Assembly (NCBI GenBank): GCA_963668645.2
Contig: CAXXWC010000001.1
Coordinates: 128,001 to 192,000 of the forward strand
DNA length: 64,000 bases
Reading direction: 5' to 3'
Origin: Desulfobacterales bacterium
GTDB taxonomy: Bacteria; Desulfobacterota; Desulfobacteria; Desulfobacterales; UBA2174
A program made the translations under genes and the position numbers. Positions 37,315 to 47,436 of the stretch are shown here, in pieces. How positions within the stretch are numbered: the stretch's first letter is position 1; every line of letters starts with the position of its first letter. The notes below the pieces were generated by a model. The model saw only the letters and a program-made list of their open reading frames with translations. It made no database searches and was not told where the DNA came from.

Positions 37315-37977
37315 TCAGTCCACCACTGCCAGCGCCTGCAGATCGAGCGGCACATGGCCGGCGGCCCGCCGGCGCAGCACGCCCAGACTGCCGATACGCG
37401 CCTCGGAGACGAAAAGGCCCGAGCGCAGGGCCAGACGATAGATATGATAGGGGGCCTGGCCTCCCTCGGCCGGATCGGCGAAGATATCGTGGATCAGAAG
37501 CCAGCCGCCCGTCATAACATGGCCGGCCCAGGCGTTGTAGTCCCCGAAAACCGTTTCCAGGGCGTGGCCCCCGTCGATGAAAAGCAGGGCAAGTGGCGTG
37601 GCCCAGCCGCGGGCCACCACATGGCTCGGCCCGACGATGGGCACCACCGTCTCTTCCAGGCCGGCTTCGGCCAGGGTGCGCCGCAGGTGAGGCAGCGTGT
37701 CGATGGAGCCCTGGCGCTCGTCGAAGAGTTGCGCGTCGAAATACTGCTGGCCGGGTTGCTGTTCTTCGCTGCCGCGGTGGTGGTCGATGGTAAAGAGGAT
37801 CTGCCTGCACCTTCTGCAGGCGCTGCCCAGGTAAAGGGCGCTCTTGCCGCAATAGCTGCCGATTTCCAGGCACGGCCCCATCCGCCCGGCCGCCATCGCG
37901 GCCTCGTAGAGGGCCTGGCCCTCGACCGGATCGAGAAACCCCTTGGTGCGTTCGATGAGGGACTGGGAGATATCCAT
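37315..37977 (-). CDS. Class I SAM-dependent methyltransferase (Methyltransf_24-like)
   Basis: LEIGSYCGKS, IDHHRGSEE, LFIDGGH and IHD motifs. Confidence 0.85.
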   Translation of the reverse strand: MDISQSLIERTKGFLDPVEGQALYEAAMAAGRMGPCLEIGSYCGKSALYLGSACRRCRQILFTIDHHRGSEEQQPGQQYFDAQLFDERQGSIDTLPHLRRTLAEAGLEETVVPIVGPSHVVARGWATPLALLFIDGGHALETVFGDYNAWAGHVMTGGWLLIHDIFADPAEGGQAPYHIYRLALRSGLFVSEARIGSLGVLRRRAAGHVPLDLQALAVVD

Positions 37978-38053
37978 ACAGTTGCAGATTCTAGGTTGTG
38001 GGTTGTTGTCAAATAGGTCGGATTGACGCAACTGCTTGCGACTCGCCCCGCCC

Positions 38054-40213
38054 TCAAGGCTCCTCATGGCTGCGTACCAGCACCTCGCGCGGCTTGACCC
38101 CGTCGGCCGGTCCGATCACCCCTTCACGCTCCATGGTCTCGATGATCCTGGCAGCCCGGTTGTAGCCGATGCGCAAGTGGCGCTGGACCATGGAAATCGA
38201 AGCCTGACCGCTGCGGGTCACCAGGGCCACGGCGGCGTCGTAGCGCTCGTCGTATTCCGTATCCTCGCCATTTTCATCCCCTTCGTCCTGCACCGGCTGG
38301 GCCGTCACCCCATCGAGGTATTCGGGCGGCTTCTGGGCCTTGAGAAACTCGACCACCGCCGTGAGTTCCTCCTCGCTGATAAAGGCCCCGTGCACCCGCT
38401 GCAGCTTCGCCGTGCCCGGGGGCAAGAGCAGCATATCGCCGTTGCCCAGCAGGTTTTCGGCCCCGCCGCTATCGATGATGGTGCGCGAATCGGTGCGCGA
38501 AGAGACTTGGAAGGTCAGTCGGGTGGGGAAATTAGCCTTGATGATCCCGGTGAGCACGTCCACCGAGGGGCGCTGGGTGGCCAGGATCAAATGGATCCCC
38601 GAGGCCCGGGCCATCTGGGCCAGACGGGTCAGGGCGACTTCCACGTCGCGGCTGGCCACCATCATCAGGTCGGCCAACTCGTCGATGATGATCACGATCA
38701 GTGGCAGCTTCTCGGGCTTTTTCCCCTCGGCATCCGGTTCGGCTTTCTCAACTTTCTGGTTGTACTGCTTGAGGTTGCGCACCTTCTGGATCTGGAGCAG
38801 GGCGTAGCGCCGCTCCATCTCGTGCACGGCCCAGAACAGGGCGTTGGTGGCCTTCTTGACGTCCGTGACCACCGGCGTGATCAGATGGGGGATCCCGTCG
38901 TAAAGCGAAAGCTCGATGCGCTTGGGATCGACCATGATGAATTTGACCTCTTCAGGCCCGGCCTTGTAAAGAAGGCTGCAAATCATGGCGTTGAGCCCTA
39001 CGCTTTTGCCCGTGCCGGTGGCCCCGGCGATGAGCAGGTGGGGCATGCGCTCCAGTTCGGTCACCACCGGGTTGCCCACGATGTCCTTGCCCAGGCACAG
39101 GGTCAGCTTGGACTTGGATTTTTCAAAAGCGCTGGAGATCACCACCTCTTTGAAACGCACCAGTTCGCGATCGACGTTGGGGATTTCAATACCCACGGCC
39201 GCCTTGCCCGGAATCGGCGCCACGATGCGGATGCTCGTGGCCCTCAGGGCCATGGACAGGTCATCGGAAAGATTGGCGATACGGTTGATCTTGACCCCCG
39301 GCGCCGGTTCGTACTCGAAGGTGGTGATCACCGGCCCGGGCAAGACCGCCGCCACCTGCCCGTGGACCCCGAAATCTTCGAGTTTCTTTTCCAGAAGGCG
39401 CGACTGCATCTTGAGGTTTTCCTTGTCCACGGCCACCGGCCGCGGCTCGGGATCGATCAGGAGGCTGACCGGCGGCAGCTTGAACCCGTTCTCGTCGCGC
39501 ATGAAATCGAAGACTTCCTGCTTGGGTGCCGGTTTGGGCGGGATCGGCCGCGGCGGGACGGTCTTGATGGTCAGGGGCGCAGGGGGCCGAGCCGCCTGTT
39601 CCTGCAAGTGCTTCTGGCGTTTGACGGATTTGCGCTTGCGCTCGCGGCGCTTGATCATGACCGTGCGGATCCGCTCGTTGACAAAGGCCAGGGCCGTCAA
39701 CACGCGCCGGCCGAAACGGACCAGTGAAAATCCGGTGGCCAGGATCAATCCCACCAGCCACAGAAGGACCAGAATGATGGTGCCGCCGGTGGAGTTCATG
39801 TAGCGCAGGGTAAAATTCTTGACCGCTTCGCCCAGAAGACCGCCTGCGGCATAGGGGCGGGAAAACAGGATCAATTCGACCTGGGGGGCCGCCCAGCGGC
39901 TGATGAGGCTGCCGGTGATCACCACCAGCACCAGGCCGCCGACCAGGGTACATGCCAGGGCCTCCCGGCTGTGGTGGCCGAAAAAATGGACGCTGACCAC
40001 CAGGAGCAGAATCGGCATCCAAAACGCACCCAGCCCGAAAAGACTGATCAGCGCACCGGCCAGGTGGGCCCCGGCCACACCGAAGAGGTTGGCCACCCGA
40101 TCGGTGGAAACGGCATGGTTCAGGGAGGGATCCCCGGGATGAAAGGAAACCAGGCTGATGAGGGTGAAAATCACCAGAAAGAAGATAAAGATGCCTGCGA
40201 TTTCCTTGCGCAT
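38054..40213 (-). CDS. ftsK: DNA translocase FtsK
   Basis: N-terminal TMs, HLLIAGATGTGKS, IDELADLMM, LATQRPSVDV and the gamma domain IGYNRAARI. Confidence 0.96.
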   Translation of the reverse strand: MRKEIAGIFIFFLVIFTLISLVSFHPGDPSLNHAVSTDRVANLFGVAGAHLAGALISLFGLGAFWMPILLLVVSVHFFGHHSREALACTLVGGLVLVVITGSLISRWAAPQVELILFSRPYAAGGLLGEAVKNFTLRYMNSTGGTIILVLLWLVGLILATGFSLVRFGRRVLTALAFVNERIRTVMIKRRERKRKSVKRQKHLQEQAARPPAPLTIKTVPPRPIPPKPAPKQEVFDFMRDENGFKLPPVSLLIDPEPRPVAVDKENLKMQSRLLEKKLEDFGVHGQVAAVLPGPVITTFEYEPAPGVKINRIANLSDDLSMALRATSIRIVAPIPGKAAVGIEIPNVDRELVRFKEVVISSAFEKSKSKLTLCLGKDIVGNPVVTELERMPHLLIAGATGTGKSVGLNAMICSLLYKAGPEEVKFIMVDPKRIELSLYDGIPHLITPVVTDVKKATNALFWAVHEMERRYALLQIQKVRNLKQYNQKVEKAEPDAEGKKPEKLPLIVIIIDELADLMMVASRDVEVALTRLAQMARASGIHLILATQRPSVDVLTGIIKANFPTRLTFQVSSRTDSRTIIDSGGAENLLGNGDMLLLPPGTAKLQRVHGAFISEEELTAVVEFLKAQKPPEYLDGVTAQPVQDEGDENGEDTEYDERYDAAVALVTRSGQASISMVQRHLRIGYNRAARIIETMEREGVIGPADGVKPREVLVRSHEEP

Positions 40214-40227
40214 GGAGGCCTTCGCGG

Positions 40228-41877
40228 TTAAATCTCCAGGATAAAAGGCAAAATCACCGGGCGCCGCTTGATGGTGAATTCGAAGTACTTGCGCAGCGCG
40301 CTGCGCACTTCGTTGCGCAGTCTTTCGGCGCGATTGGGCACCTGGGTGCCGATTTCCTCGACAACCTCCAGCACCACGCAGACCGCATCGTCCAGGATGT
40401 GGCCGGTGCTGCTCTCGAAGACAAAACCCTTGGAGACGATATCCGGCCCGAAGACGATGATCCCGGTCTCCTCATCCAGGGCCATGTTGACGACCACCAG
40501 GCCGTCCTCGCTGAGCAGACGCCGCTCCTTGAGAACGCTGCGCCCGACGTCCCCGATCCCCTTTCCGTCCACCATCACCCGGCCGGTGCCCACCGGCTCG
40601 CCCAGACGCCCCCCTGCCCCGTCAAAAATGATGGGACGGCCGTTTTCCGCCAGCAGGATCCGTCCAGGGGCGATCCCCACCGATTCGGCCAGCCGGGCGT
40701 GCAGCGTCAGGTGGCGATATTCCCCGTGGATCGGCACGAAAAAGCGCGGCCGGGTCAGGTTGATCATCAACTTGAGCTCTTCGCGAAATGCGTGGCCCGA
40801 TACGTGGATGGCCGAAATTTTCTCGTAGATCACGTCCGCGCCACGCCGGTAGAGCTGGTTGATGATCTGGCCGATGGCGCGCTCGTTGCCGGGGATGAAC
40901 TTGGAGCTGAGAATGACGGTGTCCCCCTGGTGGATCTGGATCTGCCGGTGGTTACCGTGGGCCATGCGCGCCAGGGCGGCCATCGGTTCGCCCTGGCTGC
41001 CGGTGGTGACGATGAGCACCTCTTCGTCGGCAAGATCGTCGAGATTGGCGATGTCTTCCTCGATGCTCTCCGGTACGCTCAGGCAACCGAGGTCCTTGGC
41101 GATGCGCACGCTCGTCTCGATGCTGCGCCCGTTGAAGATCACTTTTCGTCCGGTGGCTTCGGCCGCCTGGACCGCCTGCTGGATGCGACCAATGCTCGAA
41201 GCGAAAAGGGCGATGATCACCCGTCCGCCGGCATCGGCGGCGATGCGCGTCAGGGTCCGGCCGACCTCGCGATCAGAGAGGGTGTAGCCCTCCTTTTCGA
41301 CGTTGGTTGAATCGGAAAAGAGCGCCAGCACGCCGTTTTCACCGAAACGGGCCAAACGGTTGACATCGGTCCTGAGGGCTTCCTCCCCGCTGTGATCGAT
41401 CTTGAAATCACCGCTGTGAATCACCGTCCCCAGGGGGGTGTGCACGGCCAGGCCCACCCCGTCCACCACGCTGTGGGCCACGCGGAAAAACTCGATGGCA
41501 AAAGTCCCCAGGCGCAGGTGGCTTTCGGTCGTGATGGTGTGGAGCACTGCCTGGTGGCGAAGCCCGTGCTCCTCGAGTTTTTGGGCCACGATGCCCAGGG
41601 TAAAAGGGGTGCCGAAAACCGGCAGGTTGATCTCGCGCAGCAGATAAGGCAGGGCCCCGATGTGGTCCTCGTGGGCATGGGTCAACACCAGACCGGCCAG
41701 TCGCCGCCGGTTGGCACGCAGATAAGCGAAGTCGGGAATCACACAGTCGATTCCCAGCATATAGTCTTCGGGGAACATAAGTCCGGCGTCCACCACAAAA
41801 AGGGTGTCGCCAAACTCGAAAGTCATCATGTTGAGCCCGATTTCACCCAACCCGCCCAGGGGAACGATTTTCAACAT
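40228..41877 (-). CDS. rnj: Ribonuclease J
   Basis: PLGGLGEIG, THAHEDHIG, SGDFK, TGSQGEP and HVSGHA motifs. Confidence 0.95.
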   Translation of the reverse strand: MLKIVPLGGLGEIGLNMMTFEFGDTLFVVDAGLMFPEDYMLGIDCVIPDFAYLRANRRRLAGLVLTHAHEDHIGALPYLLREINLPVFGTPFTLGIVAQKLEEHGLRHQAVLHTITTESHLRLGTFAIEFFRVAHSVVDGVGLAVHTPLGTVIHSGDFKIDHSGEEALRTDVNRLARFGENGVLALFSDSTNVEKEGYTLSDREVGRTLTRIAADAGGRVIIALFASSIGRIQQAVQAAEATGRKVIFNGRSIETSVRIAKDLGCLSVPESIEEDIANLDDLADEEVLIVTTGSQGEPMAALARMAHGNHRQIQIHQGDTVILSSKFIPGNERAIGQIINQLYRRGADVIYEKISAIHVSGHAFREELKLMINLTRPRFFVPIHGEYRHLTLHARLAESVGIAPGRILLAENGRPIIFDGAGGRLGEPVGTGRVMVDGKGIGDVGRSVLKERRLLSEDGLVVVNMALDEETGIIVFGPDIVSKGFVFESSTGHILDDAVCVVLEVVEEIGTQVPNRAERLRNEVRSALRKYFEFTIKRRPVILPFILEI

Positions 41878-42620
41878 ATCGTCCGGCCTCGCTCGGCGCA
41901 GGTGACGGCCTCGGTCAAGGATTGCCGTACCAGGTCCATCAGCAACTCTTTGTGGTCGCGATCGTATTGCCGGGTATCGATGGGCGGATGCAGATACAGG
42001 ACCACCGGTCCCGGGTCGAGAAGCAACCGATTCTTGGGCAGGATGCGACGTGTCCCGTGAATGCCGATGGGCAAAATCGGCACCTCGGCATCCACCGCCA
42101 GCACAAAACCCCCTTTTTTAAACTGCTGCAACCGGCCGTCCGGACTGCGGGTGCCTTCGGGAAAGATGAGCACCGATACCCTGCCCCGGATGGCATCGGC
42201 AGCCTTTCCGATGCTGGCGAAGGCCGACTGGCGGTTGGATCGATCGATGCTGATATAGCCGCAGCCGCGCATGGCGCACCCGAAGATGGGAATCTTGAAC
42301 AGCTCGGCCTTGGCCAGCCAGCGAAATTCGGTATCCAGGGCCCCGAGCAGGACCGGAATGTCGAAATGGCTCTGGTGGTTGGGCATCAAAATTGCGGATC
42401 CGGCCTCGGCCAGGTGTTCGGCCCCGATCACGGTGACCTTGACACCGCTGGCCCACAAGATCGACCGGGCCCAGTATTGGGCCAACCGATGGCCCCAATG
42501 CCGCGCCCGTTCGGCAGGACGCAACAGGACGGTAACCACGATTGTCAACACCCCTACGAACATGGTGCTGACCAAAATCCAAGGGTAGAGATAAAGGGTT
42601 TTGAATAGCTTACGGGTCAT
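41871..42620 (-). CDS. plsC: 1-acyl-sn-glycerol-3-phosphate acyltransferase
   Basis: NHQSHFD, IDRSN and FPEGTRS motifs. Confidence 0.9.
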   Translation of the reverse strand: MTRKLFKTLYLYPWILVSTMFVGVLTIVVTVLLRPAERARHWGHRLAQYWARSILWASGVKVTVIGAEHLAEAGSAILMPNHQSHFDIPVLLGALDTEFRWLAKAELFKIPIFGCAMRGCGYISIDRSNRQSAFASIGKAADAIRGRVSVLIFPEGTRSPDGRLQQFKKGGFVLAVDAEVPILPIGIHGTRRILPKNRLLLDPGPVVLYLHPPIDTRQYDRDHKELLMDLVRQSLTEAVTCAERGRTIC

Positions 42621-42632
42621 ACCGGATCAGAT

Positions 42633-42965
42633 TCAGATCTTGATGTCCAGGCCAGCGAGGATATCGTCCAGGGTATCCATGATCCAGCCGCGCTGCCGGC
42701 TGTCGGCGTAGCCCATGCAATCGCAACGCATCCGCTGCCGGGTACGGATCAGCAGTTCGCAAACCAGACGTTCCTCGCAAAGCTCCAAAGCGACGCAAAG
42801 CGGGTGGCAGTCCTGGTGCGCGGCCTGCAACGGGTTGAGCCGTTCACCATCCAGGGGCAGCCAATAAATTCCGCCCAGATCCGGCGCCCCGAAGCGCGCC
42901 TCCAGTTCGGCCTGCAACCGCACCCGGTCTTCAGGCTGGATCTGATCGATGACGTATTGTTTCAT
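42633..42965 (-). CDS. Hypothetical protein (110 aa, Cys/His motifs)
   Basis: MKQYVIDQ..., HQDCHP, MRCDCMGYA; in the operon direction. Confidence 0.7.
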   Translation of the reverse strand: MKQYVIDQIQPEDRVRLQAELEARFGAPDLGGIYWLPLDGERLNPLQAAHQDCHPLCVALELCEERLVCELLIRTRQRMRCDCMGYADSRQRGWIMDTLDDILAGLDIKI

Positions 42966-43011
42966 AAGAATCTGAATTATCAAATTGTTTTGTATAGAGC
43001 AAGGCGCAGCG

Positions 43012-43047
43012 AAAAAAAATCCCCCGCCGGGCGGGCCGGCGGGGGAT
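43012..43047 (-). terminator. Intrinsic terminator after ferredoxin
   Basis: ATCCCCCGCCGG-CCCGC-CCGGCGGGGGAT followed by a T run on the minus strand. Confidence 0.88.
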
Positions 43048-43073
43048 ATCGCAATCCTGTCAGACGAAGATCA

Positions 43074-43262
43074 TCAAGTCTCTTCGACGGTGATGGCGTC
43101 CGCTTCGCACACCTCGACGCAACTCTCACAGCCCAGGCACTCTTCGGCATTCACCGGAACACTCTTGCCGTCTTGCATTTCGAACACTTCCACCGGGCAC
43201 ACGTCGACACATTCTTCACAGCCCTGGCATTTTTCTTCGTCAACGATGGGATTAAAAGCCAT
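43074..43262 (-). CDS. 2x[4Fe-4S] ferredoxin
   Basis: CQGCEECVDVCP and CLGCESCVEVC; acidic, 62 aa, SD AAGGAG. Confidence 0.93.
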   Translation of the reverse strand: MAFNPIVDEEKCQGCEECVDVCPVEVFEMQDGKSVPVNAEECLGCESCVEVCEADAITVEET

Positions 43263-43332
43263 TTTGCACTCCTTTCAACGCAGTGATTTAAGGGATAATC
43301 GAAAAGCGGCTTCATCTCTACCGGGCAAAGTC

Positions 43333-43360
43333 CTTATACCATCATGCGCCAATGCGTCAA
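43333..43360 (-). promoter_or_regulatory. sigma70-like promoter for ferredoxin
   Basis: TTGACG, 16-nt spacer ending in TGG (extended -10), TATAAG. Confidence 0.45.
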
Positions 43361-43431
43361 GCCTTGACCTCTTTTTTTAGCGCCATCCCAACCATTTGTT
43401 TTTATTTGAATAAAATAGACAGAAAGCCCGC

Positions 43432-44364
43432 TCAGGCCAAGGGTCCGACAATCAGCAGATCGCCGGTGGGGCCGGCGGCCGGCTCCACCGGCGATCCGTC
43501 GACCAATCCATGGCAAAAATCCGCAAAAGAGATATCCAGCGCCGAGACCTGAAGCGACGATCCGCTCGCGGCTTCGGGGGATCGGGCCGGGGCCTTTGCG
43601 TTCAAGGCGTCCTGGATCGCGGCATAGAAGCTATCGGCCCAGTGGCGGTCCGGGCCCGCCATTCCGTCCGCCGGCCAGTTGAAAACCGGCCTCATGGCCG
43701 GAAAAACGTCGCGCACCGCCTCGAAAACGGCGGCGCTGTCGGTGACCAGGACCTCCGGTGCCACGGCCAGTGTCAGGGCCAAACGGGCCCAGGCGCCCAG
43801 ACGATGACCGGTCAGAAAGGACCCGGGATCCTCTCCGGCCGGTTGCGCCGATGCGGCCTGCCCGGCCTCTGCCGCCTGGCCATGCAGCTGGCGCATCATT
43901 TCCTTTTCCATGGCCGCCAGGGCCTGCCAGGTCCCGGCCAGTTCGGACCGCTCGCGGTCCAGTCCATGAGCGAAACTGAGAAAAACCCGGGCTGCCAGCA
44001 ACGGATCCTGCCCGGCCTGCGGCGGCCGCCCTCCGGCACGGCCGCGGATGTCCTGGCGCAACCGGCTGATTTCAGGGGTGGCGAAAAATGGCGCCTCCTC
44101 GGGCCGGGATGCCAGCAGGGCCGTCAGATCGCTCCCGGCATGCACCGTGGCCCATTGCCGCATCTGGGCCTCGATCCGTCGAAGCGCCGCCTCATCGTTC
44201 TGGTGCGGATACAATACCCGCCACGGATCGGCATCGACCCCCGGGGCCAGGCAATCCTTTTCCTGGTCCGCCGACGGCACCAGCAGGCAGATGGTTTCAA
44301 AGGCCGCGGTGAGCCACCCGGTCGCCGGACGTACGAAGGTAAAGGGAAAATAGAGGGCAATCAT
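43432..44364 (-). CDS. Hypothetical protein (about 310 aa)
   Basis: MIALYFPFTFV...; long ORF between the cys fusion and ferredoxin. No motif recognised. Confidence 0.65.
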   Translation of the reverse strand: MIALYFPFTFVRPATGWLTAAFETICLLVPSADQEKDCLAPGVDADPWRVLYPHQNDEAALRRIEAQMRQWATVHAGSDLTALLASRPEEAPFFATPEISRLRQDIRGRAGGRPPQAGQDPLLAARVFLSFAHGLDRERSELAGTWQALAAMEKEMMRQLHGQAAEAGQAASAQPAGEDPGSFLTGHRLGAWARLALTLAVAPEVLVTDSAAVFEAVRDVFPAMRPVFNWPADGMAGPDRHWADSFYAAIQDALNAKAPARSPEAASGSSLQVSALDISFADFCHGLVDGSPVEPAAGPTGDLLIVGPLA

Positions 44365-44441
44365 AAAAGGTTCGCCATTTCTCCGTTGGGTAAGGGCCGA
44401 TGGGGCCGGGCGCATCGTAGCGATCCATCGGCGCGCAGGGT

Positions 44442-46733
44442 TTATGGCTTTGCGGGGGCCTTGCCGTCTCGCACCACCACTCCCCGCTGGGCCAGGGTTT
44501 CCCGCAGGCTGTCGGCCAAGGCCCAATCACGCGCCGCCCGGGCCGTCTCCCGGGCCGCCAGGAGCTGCTGCACCTCGGGATCATCCATGGCATCCTGAAA
44601 GTCAAAGACCCGAATGACCCGGTCGATGGATCGGAAGGCCTCTATGATCCGCGCCGCGGCGGCCCGGTCGATCCGGCCTGAATTGAGCAGCGTATTGACG
44701 CGTTTGATGATCTGAAAAACAGCGGCCAGGGCCCCGGAAATGTTCAGATCATCGTCCATGGCGGCGCTGAATCCGCTCTTGAGGTCGTAAAGCAGTTGAT
44801 CCAGATCCGTGCCGGTCGAGACGAGTGCCGGGGCCTGGCGCAGGTTGCCGACAAAGACGTCCAGCCGCGCCAGGGCCCGCCGCACGTCATGCAACCGCTG
44901 GGTCGAAAGGACGAGCGGTTTGCGATAATGTCCCCACAGCAGCCAGAAACGCAGCTCGCGGCCGGTAAAGCCCCGGTTGATCAGGGCTTCGAGGGTCAGC
45001 GGACCTTCATGGGCCTCGGCCTGCTTGCCGTCCACCGTCACCGGATCGCAATGGACCCAGAAGCGTGCCGGCGGCTTGCCGGTAAGCGCCGTTGCGATGG
45101 CCATGATGTTTTCGTGGTGGGGAAAGATCAGCTCGCGGCCGCTGGTGTGGATGTCATAGCCTTCTGCAAAATGCGCTTCGGCCATCGCGGCGCATTGCAG
45201 ATGCCAGCTCGGGCGTACGTTGCCCCACTCGCTCTTGATGAAAATTCCCCGTTTCAGTTCGGAAAGGCGGGCCCTTTTGAGCAGGGTGAAATCGCGCGGG
45301 TTATCCTTTTCATATTCGTCCAGATCCACGGTGGCTCCCAGCCGGATCTTGTTCAGATCGATTCCCGAAAGCTGCCCGTAGTTGTCCAGCCGTGAAATGT
45401 CGAAGTAAAGCGAGCGCAGCTTCTCATAGGCGAATCCCTTGCGGGCCAGGCGTTCGGCCATGGAGAGCATCGGCTCGATATACGCCGAGGCGCGTGGATA
45501 CGCCGCCGCCGGGTGCACCTGCAAAAGGGCCAGGTCGGCCATGAAGCCCTCGATATGCGCTTGGGTAAACTCATCCAGGGGTTTGCCGGCCCGCTCCGAA
45601 CCGCCGATGGTCTTGTCGTCGTAGTCGGTGATGTTCATCACCTGACGCACCTCGAAACCGCGATAGGCGAGGTAGCGGCAGAGCAGATCGGCCACCACGA
45701 AACGCCGGTATTCGCCCAGGTGCGGCCGGGCATGGGCCGTGGGCCCGCAGGTATAGACCGACGCCCTGTCGGCCTGGCGCGGCACGAAGGTTTCCTTGGT
45801 CCGGGTCAGGGTGTTGAACAATTGGAGCCCCACCGTGATCCGTTCGGTGAACAGGGAGGTGGACAGGTAGCGTTCACCGCTGTCGGGCAAAATCACCACG
45901 ATGGTCCCGGACGGGATGCGCCGGGCCAGGTCCACCGCCACCGCCATGGCGGCCCCGCTGCTCATGCCCACCAACAGCCCTTCCTCGCGGGCCAGTCGCC
46001 GGGCCATCTCGAAGGCGTCCTCATCGTCGATGTTGATCTTCTCATCCAGCCGGTGCTTTTCGAAGATTTCGGGCCGGTAGGCCTCCTTCATGTTCTTGAG
46101 CCCCTGGATCTTGTGTCCCAGGTAAGGCTCGACACCCACGATCTGCACCTCGGGGTTGTATTCCTTCAAACGGCGGCTGATGCCCATCAGTGTACCGCTG
46201 GTGCCGATGGTGGCCACCACGTGGGTCACCCGGCCCCCGGTCTGGTCCCAGATCTCCGGAGCGGTCCCCTCGTAGTGGGCCTGCCAGTTGGCCGGATTGT
46301 TGTACTGATCGGCCATGAAGTAGCGCTGCGGATCTTCGCGCACCAGGCGGTAGACCTCTTCGATGGCCCCGTCTGTGCCCAGATGCCCCGGGGTGAGAAG
46401 AATTTTCGCGCCGCGCGCCTCGAGGATCTTGCGCCGCTCGACACTGACCGCTTCACTCATGGCCAGCAGCAGCGGATAGCCTTTGACGGCGCATACCATG
46501 GCCAGACCGATCCCGGTGTTGCCGCTGGTGGCTTCGATCACGGATTGCTGGGCTCCGAGTTTGCCGCTGGCCTCGCCGTCCCGGATGATGGCCAGGGCCG
46601 CGCGATCCTTGATCGATCCGCCTGGGTTCATGTACTCCAGTTTGGCCAGCAGCTTCACCCGCGGGTTGGGATTGAGCCGGTCGATGGCGACCAGCGGCGT
46701 GTTGCCGATGCTGTCGAGAATCGAAAATCCCAT
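44442..46733 (-). CDS. Fusion of PLP-dependent cysteine synthase (CysK/CysM-like) and a degenerate cysteinyl-tRNA synthetase domain
   Basis: N-half: NPGGSIKDR, ATSGNTG, GTSGT, GMSSGA. C-half: TCGPT, HLGE, NITDYDDK, WHLQC, FPHHEN, AMDDDLN and DWALADSLR. No KMSKS. Confidence 0.92.
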   Translation of the reverse strand: MGFSILDSIGNTPLVAIDRLNPNPRVKLLAKLEYMNPGGSIKDRAALAIIRDGEASGKLGAQQSVIEATSGNTGIGLAMVCAVKGYPLLLAMSEAVSVERRKILEARGAKILLTPGHLGTDGAIEEVYRLVREDPQRYFMADQYNNPANWQAHYEGTAPEIWDQTGGRVTHVVATIGTSGTLMGISRRLKEYNPEVQIVGVEPYLGHKIQGLKNMKEAYRPEIFEKHRLDEKINIDDEDAFEMARRLAREEGLLVGMSSGAAMAVAVDLARRIPSGTIVVILPDSGERYLSTSLFTERITVGLQLFNTLTRTKETFVPRQADRASVYTCGPTAHARPHLGEYRRFVVADLLCRYLAYRGFEVRQVMNITDYDDKTIGGSERAGKPLDEFTQAHIEGFMADLALLQVHPAAAYPRASAYIEPMLSMAERLARKGFAYEKLRSLYFDISRLDNYGQLSGIDLNKIRLGATVDLDEYEKDNPRDFTLLKRARLSELKRGIFIKSEWGNVRPSWHLQCAAMAEAHFAEGYDIHTSGRELIFPHHENIMAIATALTGKPPARFWVHCDPVTVDGKQAEAHEGPLTLEALINRGFTGRELRFWLLWGHYRKPLVLSTQRLHDVRRALARLDVFVGNLRQAPALVSTGTDLDQLLYDLKSGFSAAMDDDLNISGALAAVFQIIKRVNTLLNSGRIDRAAAARIIEAFRSIDRVIRVFDFQDAMDDPEVQQLLAARETARAARDWALADSLRETLAQRGVVVRDGKAPAKP

Positions 46734-46736
46734 GGT

Positions 46737-47399
46737 TCAGCCGTTCTTCGTGCCGTGGCCCGGCACGCTTGGGAAAAGAGGCGCCAGGGCGTCGAGAATG
46801 TCACGCCCCACGGCCTCGGGGGTCTGGCGGCCGTCGATGATGCGAAAGCGCTCGGGCTCGGCGGATGCCAGGGCCAGGTACCCGTCGCGCACCCGCCGAT
46901 GAAAAGAGAGCGCTTCGCGCTCGAAGCGGGTTTCGTCCGCTCGGCGCGCCCCCCGGTCCACTGCGCTCCAGGCCCGCGCCAGACCGACTTCGGCCGGCAC
47001 GTCGATGAGCACGGTCAGGTCGGGCGTCAAATCCCCGAGCACCAGCCGGTGGATGGCGGCGATGTTTTGATGCGCCAGCCCCCGGGCCACTCCCTGATAG
47101 ACCGTGGTGGCGTCGGCAAAGCGGTCGCAGATCACCGCCTGTCCGGCCGCCAGGGCGGGCCGGATCACCTCCCGCACATGCTGGACCCGATCGGCCACGT
47201 AAAGGAGCAACTCGGCGTTGGGATCGATATCCACGTTGGCCGGATCGAGCAGCAGGCGCCGGATCTGCCCCCCGAGACGCGTTCCTCCCGGCTCCCGGGT
47301 GACGACGCACTGCCGGCCCCGGGCCCGCACGAAACGCGCCAGCGTATCGATTTGGCTGGTTTTGCCGGATCCTTCGATGCCTTCCAGGGTGATGAACAT
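46737..47399 (-). CDS. tmk: Thymidylate kinase
   Basis: FITLEGIEGSGKT, TREPGGT and CDRFADAT.VYQG motifs. Confidence 0.95.
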   Translation of the reverse strand: MFITLEGIEGSGKTSQIDTLARFVRARGRQCVVTREPGGTRLGGQIRRLLLDPANVDIDPNAELLLYVADRVQHVREVIRPALAAGQAVICDRFADATTVYQGVARGLAHQNIAAIHRLVLGDLTPDLTVLIDVPAEVGLARAWSAVDRGARRADETRFEREALSFHRRVRDGYLALASAEPERFRIIDGRQTPEAVGRDILDALAPLFPSVPGHGTKNG

Positions 47400-47436
47400 G
47401 ACTGTGGACGGCCGCTCTTCGAACAGATGTTAAAGG

